Assembly (NCBI GenBank): GCA_965213685.1
Contig: CBDBZY010000036.1
Span: 111,433-175,432, forward strand
Reading direction: 5' to 3'
Length of the DNA: 64,000 bases
Source: a bacterium
GTDB lineage: Bacteria; UBA8248
In this document: one piece after another, positions 27,044-35,687 of the stretch
Layout: each line of letters opens with the position of its first letter
How positions within the stretch are numbered: the first letter of the stretch is position 1
The notes under the pieces: model-generated
Told to the model about the DNA's origin: nothing
The model's input: only the letters and a program-made list of their open reading frames with translations
Database searches by the model: none
Program-made: the position numbers and the translations under genes

Positions 27044-28765
27044 TCAACGCGCGAACGGGGAGGCCTTCAGCGGGTCTTTCCCGAACAATATCTCGCCCCT
27101 CTCCCCGCGCGCGAGGCGGGTTACGAAATTGCAATCCTTCTCGTTCGTCTCGGGATAGTCCAGTCGGAAATGCGCACCCCGGCTCTCCCGCCTGTTGAGG
27201 GCGGCGGTGGCGAGCAGTTTTCCCAGCAGCGCCAGGTTCCTGACGGACAGCGCGCTCTCCAGCTCCTGGCCCCGCGCTTTCGCAGACGCGCGCGCCCCCC
27301 CGTCGAGGCGCATGCGGGGAATCTCCTCCCTTTCCATGCGCCCGAATTCATCCAGTGCGCGCCGGCAACCGCCGGCGTCGCGTATGGGACCCAGCTTCTC
27401 GTGGGCGAGCATCCGGCAGCGCATCCGCACGTCCTTTTGCAGCGGCCCGTCCTCCCGGGACATGAGCCCCTCCAGCCAGGCGCGCTCTGGCGCCGGAATG
27501 CCGAGTGCGGGAACGTCCGCGCCCCGTTCACCCTCTTTCACCCGCGCGGAGGCCGCCCGCCCCGCCCGCCTTCCATAGACCAGGGAGGCGGAAAGCGCGG
27601 AGCCGCCGATTCGATTTCCGCCGTGAATCCCGCCCCCCGTCTCGCCTGCCGCCCAAAGGCCCGCCACGCCCGTTCGGCCGTCGGCGTCGATCTCCAGACC
27701 CCCGAGCCAGGTGTGGCTGCCCGGAGCCACCTCCAGGGGGGTTTGGGTGATGTCGATGCCGCGCGCGAGGCACGTCTTGTACACATGGGGAATCTGCTTC
27801 TGGATCGTCTCCACGGGAACCCGCGTGGCGTCCATGTAGATGCCGCCGGTGAGGCCCGCGCGGCCCGCGTGAATCTCCTTCGCCATGGCGAGGATGACCT
27901 CGCTGCGCGTGCTCTTCTCCGCCGTGTCGGGAAAATAGCGTTTCAGGAACGCCTCTCCCTCCCGGTTCAGGAATACGGCGCCCGCGTTGATGAACCCTGT
28001 CGGATGGGGGGCAAAGCCGAAGAGCGCCTCCGGGGCGCAGCACATCGCCTGAAAGTCTATCATCTCGATGCCCACGAGAGGGGCGCCCGCCCGAAAGCCC
28101 AGAACGTAGCCATCGCCCGTCACCTGGGGCGGATTGTCATTCACGTAGAACAGGCCGCTTCCGCCCCCCGTGGCCAGAATGACTTCGCGCGCGCCGTAGA
28201 CCACGAGGCAGCCGCGCGAGTAATTCACCCCCCAGGCGCCGACGACGCGGCCGGCGCGCGTGATGAGGTCCACGATGGCCGTATGGGGATGCTGTCCGAT
28301 GCGCGCATCGGCCCGGAGCCTCCTGGAGAGCGCCTTGGTGACCATGTTGCCCGTGGTGTCGTGATGGTGCAGGGCGCGGGGATAGGTATGGCTCGGGAAG
28401 GTTTTCAGGTCCAGCTCGCCCTTCGCGTCCGTGATGAACTCCGCCCCCCACGCGCGCAGGTCGCGCACGACCTCGATGATGTCGTGCACCCAGACCCCGG
28501 CCAGCGCCGGGTCGATGAGTTCGCCGCCATACCGGAGGACTTCCCGCAGGTGCAGCTCCGGGCTGTCGCCCGGGGCCATCGCGGCGGCAAAACCGCCGCG
28601 CGCCACCGTCGTCGTCCCGCTCGTGGCGCGCCCCTTCGTCGCCTGGATGACGCGCACGCCCGCCTGCGCGCACTCGAAGGCGGCCATCGTGCCCGCCGCA
28701 CCCCCGCCCACGATCAGCACATCCGCCTCGTGCCGCTCCTCCGGAACCGAAATGTTTCCCGCCAT
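27044..28765 (-). CDS. FAD-dependent oxidoreductase, SdhA/FrdA/NadB flavoprotein family
   Basis: IVGGGAAG, ILATGG, TGDG, HTWLGG, WAAGE, HGGNRIGG and RRESRGAHFRLDYP. The start could be 28765 or 28771. Confidence 0.88.
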   Translation of the reverse strand: MAGNISVPEERHEADVLIVGGGAAGTMAAFECAQAGVRVIQATKGRATSGTTTVARGGFAAAMAPGDSPELHLREVLRYGGELIDPALAGVWVHDIIEVVRDLRAWGAEFITDAKGELDLKTFPSHTYPRALHHHDTTGNMVTKALSRRLRADARIGQHPHTAIVDLITRAGRVVGAWGVNYSRGCLVVYGAREVILATGGGSGLFYVNDNPPQVTGDGYVLGFRAGAPLVGIEMIDFQAMCCAPEALFGFAPHPTGFINAGAVFLNREGEAFLKRYFPDTAEKSTRSEVILAMAKEIHAGRAGLTGGIYMDATRVPVETIQKQIPHVYKTCLARGIDITQTPLEVAPGSHTWLGGLEIDADGRTGVAGLWAAGETGGGIHGGNRIGGSALSASLVYGRRAGRAASARVKEGERGADVPALGIPAPERAWLEGLMSREDGPLQKDVRMRCRMLAHEKLGPIRDAGGCRRALDEFGRMEREEIPRMRLDGGARASAKARGQELESALSVRNLALLGKLLATAALNRRESRGAHFRLDYPETNEKDCNFVTRLARGERGEILFGKDPLKASPFAR

Positions 28766-29037
28766 CCGCATCGTCCTTCCGCACGACCCATGAGCTGAAG
28801 AGAACGTCCAAAGCGTTCGGCCCATCTTAGAACATTCTGGCGGAAAAAACCGCTCGAGCGAAGAAGAGGTGGGAGAGCACGCGCCGGCACCCTCTCCATT
28901 TGCCGCCATTATGTCCCCGCCGCGCACTCGCGGAGAGCGGCGGAGGCCGAGCCGAAAGGGGGTTTTTCAGGCTTTCGGGGATTGCGGGGGAGGGGGTTCG
29001 GACGCATCCGGGCATGACGGCCGCGCACACGCCGCGC

Positions 29038-30297
29038 TCACCCTTCCGCCCGCCCCCGCCCGTCGAGCATCTCGATCATCTTCTCCGCGCAGGCGTCGGC
29101 GAAGGCGTCGTCGTTGATGTGGAGGTCGAGGGCGATGACCTCGCCCGTTCTCAGGTTCTCGCGCAGGGAGTGCGCAAAAACGGCGTCCGCCTCCGGCTGG
29201 TGCCAGTCGCCCGCCTCGTGGCCATCCAGATCGTGGGTTTTCCGCTTCGTGTGCTCGCTATAGCCCCTGGTGGGGATAAACACGGAAAGGGGGCCTTTCG
29301 CGCGGTTGAGCTTCTTCGCCATGAGCGCGCCCAGGGCCTCGAACTCCTCCCCGCTCGTGCGCATCAGGAGGTTCTGGGCGTTGTACTGAAAAAACGCTCT
29401 CCCCCGGTATTTCCCGGGCACCTGCCCCACCCAGAAATTGGCGTGGTCGAGCGCGCCCGGCGCCAACACCTGGGGGATGCCCGCAGCCCCCGCGGCCTCC
29501 AGCCTGCGCGCGCCCGCGCTGTATACGCCGTCCACGAGCAAATCCATGAGCTCATGCGTGGTCACGTCCACCACGCCGGCCAGCTCGCCCAGGCCGGCCA
29601 GGGACTCCAGGGCGCGGCCGCCGGGGCCGGAGGCGTGAAAGAAGATGACCTCATAGCCCGCCTCCCGCAGCCTTTTCTCCACGCGGTCGACGCACCCCGC
29701 CGTCCCGCCGAAAGAAGAGACTCCGACGAGGGGCGGGGCGGGACGGTCGCCGCCTCGCCTCACCCCCTCGCGCTTCGCCATTCCCGCGAGGGCGAGGGCC
29801 GCGTTTCGCAGAACCCCCCGGGTGATGCGGTTGAGGGAGAAATCGCCGATGGCGGGGAACATCGCGATGTCGCTTTCCGCCACATACCACTGCACGGCCG
29901 CCGTGGCGGCGACGACGCTCACCATCACCTTGGGCGCGAGGGGCGGCAGCGCGCGCATGATTCCGCAGGCCATCGAGGTGCCGTTCGCACCGCCCAGGCC
30001 AACCGCGCCGCAGATCTCCCCGGCCTGAAATTTTCGGGAGAGAATCCGCCTCCCGCCCTCCACCATCACGTCCGAGGCGGCGCCCCTCTCCATGCCCGCC
30101 AGGTCACTCCAAGCCGCGCCCGCTTCCGCCGCGACATCCCCGCCCCTGACCTCCGCCCCCGGAACCTCGTGCGGCCTGCAAGACAAATCGACGACAAGGG
30201 GCTGGACGCCGCAGCCCGCGAGCGTCTCCGCCAAAAAGCGCGCCTCCGCGCCCTTGCTGTCCATCGTCGCCAATACCGCCACCGCCGGAAGCGTCAT
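29038..30297 (-). CDS. Tm-1-like ATP-binding domain protein (UPF0261)
   Basis: ATMDSKGAE, GGANGT, PKVMVS, FGGTAGCV, FHASGPGG, DVTTHE and HINDDAFA. Confidence 0.88.
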   Translation of the reverse strand: MTLPAVAVLATMDSKGAEARFLAETLAGCGVQPLVVDLSCRPHEVPGAEVRGGDVAAEAGAAWSDLAGMERGAASDVMVEGGRRILSRKFQAGEICGAVGLGGANGTSMACGIMRALPPLAPKVMVSVVAATAAVQWYVAESDIAMFPAIGDFSLNRITRGVLRNAALALAGMAKREGVRRGGDRPAPPLVGVSSFGGTAGCVDRVEKRLREAGYEVIFFHASGPGGRALESLAGLGELAGVVDVTTHELMDLLVDGVYSAGARRLEAAGAAGIPQVLAPGALDHANFWVGQVPGKYRGRAFFQYNAQNLLMRTSGEEFEALGALMAKKLNRAKGPLSVFIPTRGYSEHTKRKTHDLDGHEAGDWHQPEADAVFAHSLRENLRTGEVIALDLHINDDAFADACAEKMIEMLDGRGRAEG

Positions 30298-30364
30298 GCG
30301 CCACCTTCATCGAAAGGTCATTTGTCGTCCATATGTTGAAAGCGGGCGCCTGAGCTTCCGCATC

Positions 30365-31201
30365 TTATTTTCTCAACCGCACCGCCTTGAACCCTCTCGC
30401 CGCCTTCGGCACCGCATCCTCCACGGGAAAGCGCTCGGCGGATGAACCGCCCACATACCCATCGAAGCGGCCCTCCATGTCGAGCAGGCGTTCAAAATCG
30501 CCCGGCGTTTCGATGGCACCCCCGTGGCAGGTGAAGATTCTGTCGGCGTATTTCGGCAGGAGAGCGTCAAAAATGGCCGTCGCCCTCCGGGCGGCCTCAT
30601 CGAGCGGCATGACCGTCTGCGAGCCGATGGAGCCGCCGGAGCTGTTCCCGAAATGAATGATGATGTTCCCGACGCCCCCCTCCGCCATGGCGAAGGCCTC
30701 CTCCGGCGAGGTGACAAAGGCTTTCGTGAACATGCCCTCGCGGCTCGCGTATGCCAGAACGTCGACCTCCCTCGAGAATCCCATGCCCGTTTCTTCCAGG
30801 TCCTTGCGGAAATTTCCGTCGATCAAGGCGACTGTGGGGCAGTTCATCACGCCATCGAAACCGGCGCTCCGGATTTTGTCCACGAAGGCGAACATGTTTC
30901 GCGTCGGGTCGGTCGCCAACACGCCCGCGATGACGGGACACCCCTCCACCACCTGCAGGATGGCGCGCTCCCCCAACTCCAGCGTGATGGCGTTGGCGTC
31001 TCCAATCGGAAGATACCCCGCCATCGAGCTCAGCCCCTGCATCCTGTAGTAGGCCAGATTGAAGGTGGTGATGAGGTCCGCCCCGCCGCGCGCGGCGAAT
31101 TTCGCCGTAATCCCGCTTCCGCAAAGAGCGTCATATATGCTGCGCCCCGCGTCCCTTTCCGCCCGCAGACGGGCGAGGATCTCACTTCCGGAAAGGTTCA
31201 T
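30365..31201 (-). CDS. Phosphoenolpyruvate-hydrolase-like TIM-barrel protein
   Basis: GSGITAK, GGADLI, YRMQGLSSMAGYLP, PVIAGV, NCPTVALIDG.FR..LEETGMGF..EV, CHGG and GGSSAER. Confidence 0.88.
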   Translation of the reverse strand: MNLSGSEILARLRAERDAGRSIYDALCGSGITAKFAARGGADLITTFNLAYYRMQGLSSMAGYLPIGDANAITLELGERAILQVVEGCPVIAGVLATDPTRNMFAFVDKIRSAGFDGVMNCPTVALIDGNFRKDLEETGMGFSREVDVLAYASREGMFTKAFVTSPEEAFAMAEGGVGNIIIHFGNSSGGSIGSQTVMPLDEAARRATAIFDALLPKYADRIFTCHGGAIETPGDFERLLDMEGRFDGYVGGSSAERFPVEDAVPKAARGFKAVRLRK

Positions 31202-31423
31202 AAATCAATTATCCTCATATATATCAACATGTTATTCCCCGTGATCAAGAAATAACTCTTCATGTGTTGTCGCAACATGTCCCGGCGAAAACCCCTCCTC
31301 GGCCCGCGCCATTTTACGACTTGATGCCGCACCCGCCTTTGTGTGAAAATGGAGGGGCAGTTGCGCGGCAGACGTGGCAGACGTATAGCCTTCAAAATCA
31401 TATCGTTTCAGCGATAAGCTCCA

Positions 31424-31481
31424 GTGGTCCCGCCCGCCCGAGCCGCTCCGCTTCTTCGGGAGTGGAGCGGCGCGGGGCCAC
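31424..31481 (+). other. Extended hairpin with a C(UUCG)G tetraloop that folds well only on the plus strand
   Basis: Outer stem 31424-31433/31472-31481 and inner 13-bp stem 31442-31454/31459-31471, with three G-U pairs. Confidence 0.55.
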
Positions 31482-31534
31482 GCGCTGCATGATGCGCGGC
31501 GGCAGGGAAATTCATTCTCCGGCGAGTCTGCGCA

Positions 31535-33664
31535 TTACGTCCTGTCCGCCAGAAACGCTTCGACGGCGAATATCCCGCCGAGCAGGATGAACAGGAGCGC
31601 TCCTAAGTCCATTCGTCCGAGAATCGAGCGCAGGGGGTCCGCATCGCTGGCCGGCAGATCGCGAACGTCGACCCTCTGATTCAGTTTCGCGCTCAGGTCG
31701 TCCATCTCCATCGGGGAGAGGTTCGCCTCCGAGGCGGGCGTGTTAACGCCCACCAGATGCCTTTCGTCGGGCGTCAGGACACGATAAAAACCGGCGCGAT
31801 GCGTATCCCGATAATAGGCGACGGCGCCCCCGGCCTTGCCCAGGCGCAGCCCCTCCAGGGGCGCGGCTTCCGGGCTCCTCTCCACGAACTGAAGCGCCCG
31901 CTCCGCATCGTCCGGCCCGCGTATCTGCATCGCCTCCCCGACCCGTCTGAGGGGGGCGCGAATTTCAAACGGCTCGCCCGCATTCGCGGATGCGGCCGCA
32001 CCCTTTCTCGTTCTCACGCCGCCCAGGAAATCGGAAACTCCCCTCACGAAAGGAACAAAAACAGGCCGCACGGCCAGGTCGTTCCAGTCGCGGTCGCAGG
32101 TGGATCCCCACATCACCACCCGGCCCGCACCCACGGCGCCGGCCACCAGAACCGGGGTTCCGTCGGGAAGCTCCAGGAGGACGCGCCCGCCCCGCGCCGG
32201 CTCGAGCGGCGTGATGCGCGCCAGGCGCAGGGTGGAGAAGAATCGCCCGCCGTTCGCCCCCAGGAGTGAAAAAGCCGGGTGCGCCTCCGCCCCCTGGGCG
32301 ACCTTCAGGCTTCGAGCGGGGCGAAGCGTCGCGGGACTCCCCGGCGTGGCCGGAAGCCAGTCGAGAGCGGACGTCCCCTCCCCCGACAACTCGCCCGCCG
32401 CCCAGAGGAGGCCGCCTCCTTTTTCGACGAAATCCCGCAGCCCGCGCCTCCCTTTCTCGGGCCATCGGCCCACGTTGCACGCGACGACGTAGTCATACGC
32501 ATCCCAGCGCACGTTGTTCAGCTCATAGGACGCCACGACGCGCACCAGCACCGGGGATTCTCCCCCCAGGGGCACGGCGCCCAGGGCGTTGACGATGAAG
32601 AAGGTCTCGCTGTCCTGGAGGCCGCGCTTCGGGTCCCCGTCAATGATCAGGGCGCGCAGCCGCTTGCCGATGCTGGCCGCAAAATAGAACCGGTTGGTTT
32701 TTTGGAGATTATCCGGCGGCAGTTCGACGCGGCCGTAAAGCGCGCCTTTTTGAGGCGCGTTCACCCGAAAGCTCACGGGGTTCGACCGGTTCGCCTCGAC
32801 GTCGACTTCCACCGTTTCCCGGAGTCGCCCCCCCACATACAAGCGCACCGGAACGTTCCGCTTCTTCTCGTCTCCGCGATGGAACACGCGCGCGCCGATG
32901 GTGAAGGAAGAGCCCGCCTTGGGCGGCCAGGGCTTCATCTTCACGTCCTGGAAACTCAAATCCGCCACCCCGACTTCCGGTGCCACGCGCACGAATTGCA
33001 GATGAACGTGCGGGTTGCGCCGCTTGAGATTGCGAACCTGAAACGACTCCCAGTCGCCGCGGGCGAAGTCGCTGAAAACGATGATATTCTTTCCCCCCGC
33101 GCTGGACGACGCACTCTCGAGTGCGCGCCGCATGACGCGGGTCGGCGTCCCTCCTCCGTCGGTTTGCCGGATCCCCTCCAGTGCCGCGCGCGCCTCCTCG
33201 CGGCCCAGCTCCCGGAGCGGGCCAGAGGCCGATTCCCCGGCGGTCGCCAGGATGCTCATCCGGTCGGAATGCGACATGTCCGCGATCATCCGCCTCACGG
33301 CGCGCTTCGCCACCTCGAAACGGCTGCCCCGGGGCGTGGAAAACGCCATGCTCGCCGAATTGTCCACCACGGCGACGACGCGGGCGGGGAGCCATCCGTT
33401 GCCCGAGACGCCGCCCTCCGTCGCGAGCAGGGGGCGCGAGGCCAGGAAGATGGCGACCCCGACGGCGCACACGCGAAGCAACAGGAGTATCCAGTTTCTC
33501 AGCCTGCTTCGGTTCGTGATGCGGCGCTGCGTTCTGAGCAGGAAATCGAAGGTGGGGAGCCGATGCCTGCGGACGAGGCGCCTCCGAAGCAGGTGGATCA
33601 GGATGGGGAGAAAGACGAGTCCCATCCCCCAAAGAAGTGCGCCGTGCAAGAACTGAAAAGCCAA
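31535..33664 (-). CDS. BatA N-terminal double-TM domain / VWA / GATase-like membrane protein
   Basis: LPILIHLL...PTFDFL...LLLLRV...LASRP N-terminus, MIDAS motif DNSASM, FSD, an Ig-like segment, GGGLL, WNDLAVRPVFVP and a C-terminal TM. Confidence 0.85.
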   Translation of the reverse strand: MAFQFLHGALLWGMGLVFLPILIHLLRRRLVRRHRLPTFDFLLRTQRRITNRSRLRNWILLLLRVCAVGVAIFLASRPLLATEGGVSGNGWLPARVVAVVDNSASMAFSTPRGSRFEVAKRAVRRMIADMSHSDRMSILATAGESASGPLRELGREEARAALEGIRQTDGGGTPTRVMRRALESASSSAGGKNIIVFSDFARGDWESFQVRNLKRRNPHVHLQFVRVAPEVGVADLSFQDVKMKPWPPKAGSSFTIGARVFHRGDEKKRNVPVRLYVGGRLRETVEVDVEANRSNPVSFRVNAPQKGALYGRVELPPDNLQKTNRFYFAASIGKRLRALIIDGDPKRGLQDSETFFIVNALGAVPLGGESPVLVRVVASYELNNVRWDAYDYVVACNVGRWPEKGRRGLRDFVEKGGGLLWAAGELSGEGTSALDWLPATPGSPATLRPARSLKVAQGAEAHPAFSLLGANGGRFFSTLRLARITPLEPARGGRVLLELPDGTPVLVAGAVGAGRVVMWGSTCDRDWNDLAVRPVFVPFVRGVSDFLGGVRTRKGAAASANAGEPFEIRAPLRRVGEAMQIRGPDDAERALQFVERSPEAAPLEGLRLGKAGGAVAYYRDTHRAGFYRVLTPDERHLVGVNTPASEANLSPMEMDDLSAKLNQRVDVRDLPASDADPLRSILGRMDLGALLFILLGGIFAVEAFLADRT

Positions 33665-33691
33665 TTCGCCCTCTCCTACAACGCTGCGTCG

Positions 33692-34585
33692 CTACACCCG
33701 CGCCCTGCTGCGCCACGCCAGGAAGCGGACCAGACCCCTGTCCAGCGGCTCGGTCGTCGAGAGCAGATGATAATCCACCCCCAAATCCGCGCACCGCTCG
33801 CGCGTTTGCTCCAGAAATTCTCCCAGGAGGCGGAGGTACGGATTTTTGACCACCTCGCACTCCACCGTGATATTCCGCTCCGTCTCGACGTCCTCCATTC
33901 GGGCAAGCCCCTCAAAGGGGAAATCCAGCTCCGCGCTGTCGAGAACGTGAAAGACGATGACGTCGCTCCCCTTCAGGCACAGCAGCTTGAGCGCCTTTTC
34001 CACCCCTTCCGGATCGTCGAGCAAATCGGAGACGATGATGACAAGTCCCCGCCGCTTGAGGCGCTCCGCCAGGGACAGCAGCGAACGGGCGATTCCCGTT
34101 CCCCCCGCGGGTTTGGCCGCCTGCAGGCCGGCGAGCAGGGCGAGCAGATGCCTCCGCACGGACCTGGGCGGAACCTGCGCGTCCTCTCCCTCCCGGGAGA
34201 TCACCAGACCCACCGAATCCGACTGGCCCAGCAGCAGGTGCGCGATCGCCGAGGCGAGGGTGGCCGCGTAGCCCCACTTGGTCAGGGGTCCATCCCCGAA
34301 ATCCATCGAGGCGCTGGCGTCGATGACGAGATGGGCGCGCAGGTTCGTCTCGTCTTCATATTGCTTCACGAGGTAGCGGTCGAACTTCCCGTACGCTTTC
34401 CAGTCGACGTGGCGGAGCTCATCGCCCGGGGAATACGCCCTGTGCTCCTCGAAATCGACGCTGAAGCCGCGCGAACGGCTCCTGTGGACGCCGCTCATCA
34501 GACCCTCGACCACATGGCGGGCGCGCAGCTGGAGGTTGGCCAACCGCGAGATGAGAACAGGGTCGAAATACTGATCCGAACTCAA
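33692..34585 (-). CDS. DUF58 domain (VWA-like) protein
   Basis: GVHRSRSRGFSVDFEEHRAYSPGDELRHVDWK, KQYEDET, DASASM and IVSDL. Confidence 0.92.
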   Translation of the reverse strand: MSSDQYFDPVLISRLANLQLRARHVVEGLMSGVHRSRSRGFSVDFEEHRAYSPGDELRHVDWKAYGKFDRYLVKQYEDETNLRAHLVIDASASMDFGDGPLTKWGYAATLASAIAHLLLGQSDSVGLVISREGEDAQVPPRSVRRHLLALLAGLQAAKPAGGTGIARSLLSLAERLKRRGLVIIVSDLLDDPEGVEKALKLLCLKGSDVIVFHVLDSAELDFPFEGLARMEDVETERNITVECEVVKNPYLRLLGEFLEQTRERCADLGVDYHLLSTTEPLDRGLVRFLAWRSRARV

Positions 34586-34610
34586 GCCAACCTCCTCTGG
34601 CGACCGGCGT

Positions 34611-35663
34611 CTACGCGGCCTCGGTGGCCTCCGCCGGGGGCGGGACGGCCTCGAGCAGCCGCTGTATCAAGGACACGGAATCATGCCCTTCGGCCTGTCC
34701 CCGGAAGTTCACCAGAATCCGGTGCCGCAGCACGGGCTCGGCGAGCGCCTTCACGTCCTCGATGGTTGCGGCGTAGCGGCCCCGCAGCAGCGCCCGCGCC
34801 CGCGCTCCCAGAATCAGATACTGGCTGGCCCTCGGCCCGGCGCCCCATTCCACGTAATGGCGAACGAAATCCGGCGCGCTCTCATCACTCGGCCGCGACG
34901 CGCGCGCGAGGGAAACCGCGTATTCCACCACATAGGGGGCCGCCGGCACGCGGCGCACCAGCTCCTGGAAGGATAGAATCTGCTCGTTGTCCATGATCTT
35001 TTCCAGCCGGGGGTCATAGTTCGACGTCGTCTGCGCGACTATCTCCTTCTCCTCCGCCAGGCTGGGGTAGGACACCCCTATCTCGAACATGAACCTGTCC
35101 AGCTGCGCTTCCGGCAGCGGATACGTTCCCTCTTGCTCCACGGGATTTTGGGTCGCGAGAACAAAGAACGGCGGATTCAGGAAGTGGGCCTGCCCGCCGG
35201 CCGTCACGTGCAGCTCCTGCATGGCCTGGAGAAGCGCCGCCTGCGTTTTCGGGGAGGTGCGGTTAATCTCGTCGGCCAGAAGTATCTGGGTGAAGATGGG
35301 GCCCCGAATGAAGCGGAAAGATCGCCTCCCCTCCGTGGTATCGTCCAGAATGTCCGTGCCCGTAATGTCCGACGGCATCAGGTCGGGCGTGAACTGGATG
35401 CGGTTGAAATCCAGCTGTAGCACCTGGGCCAGGGTGCGTATCAGCAAGGTCTTGGCCAAGCCCGGCACGCCGACCAGGAGGCAGTGGCCCTTCGAGAGCA
35501 AGGCTATCAAAACCAAATCGATGACCGACGACTGGCCGACGATGATCTTCCGGACCTGCTCGAGGATGGCGTCGCGCTTGACGCCAATCTCGCGCGCCTC
35601 CTCCACGTCCATCTCGCTCATCCGCGCCTGTTGACCGCCTGCGTCCGGTATGGCCTCGTTCAT
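34611..35663 (-). CDS. moxR: MoxR family AAA+ ATPase
   Basis: GVPGLAKT, RIQFTPDLMPSDITG, LADEINR, ATQNPVEQEGTYPLPEAQLDRF and GAGPRAS. Confidence 0.95.
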   Translation of the reverse strand: MNEAIPDAGGQQARMSEMDVEEAREIGVKRDAILEQVRKIIVGQSSVIDLVLIALLSKGHCLLVGVPGLAKTLLIRTLAQVLQLDFNRIQFTPDLMPSDITGTDILDDTTEGRRSFRFIRGPIFTQILLADEINRTSPKTQAALLQAMQELHVTAGGQAHFLNPPFFVLATQNPVEQEGTYPLPEAQLDRFMFEIGVSYPSLAEEKEIVAQTTSNYDPRLEKIMDNEQILSFQELVRRVPAAPYVVEYAVSLARASRPSDESAPDFVRHYVEWGAGPRASQYLILGARARALLRGRYAATIEDVKALAEPVLRHRILVNFRGQAEGHDSVSLIQRLLEAVPPPAEATEAA

Positions 35664-35687
35664 TCCGTATCGCCCCTCGATGGAATA

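Noticed and set aside
27044-28765. Annotation as sdhA or nadB
   Set aside because: Key His motifs are missing and no sdhBCD or nadAC neighbours are present.
31385-31402. CTTCAAA as a tRNA-Sec anticodon loop
   Set aside because: The flanks do not form an anticodon stem, and there is no T-arm GTTCGA or acceptor stem.
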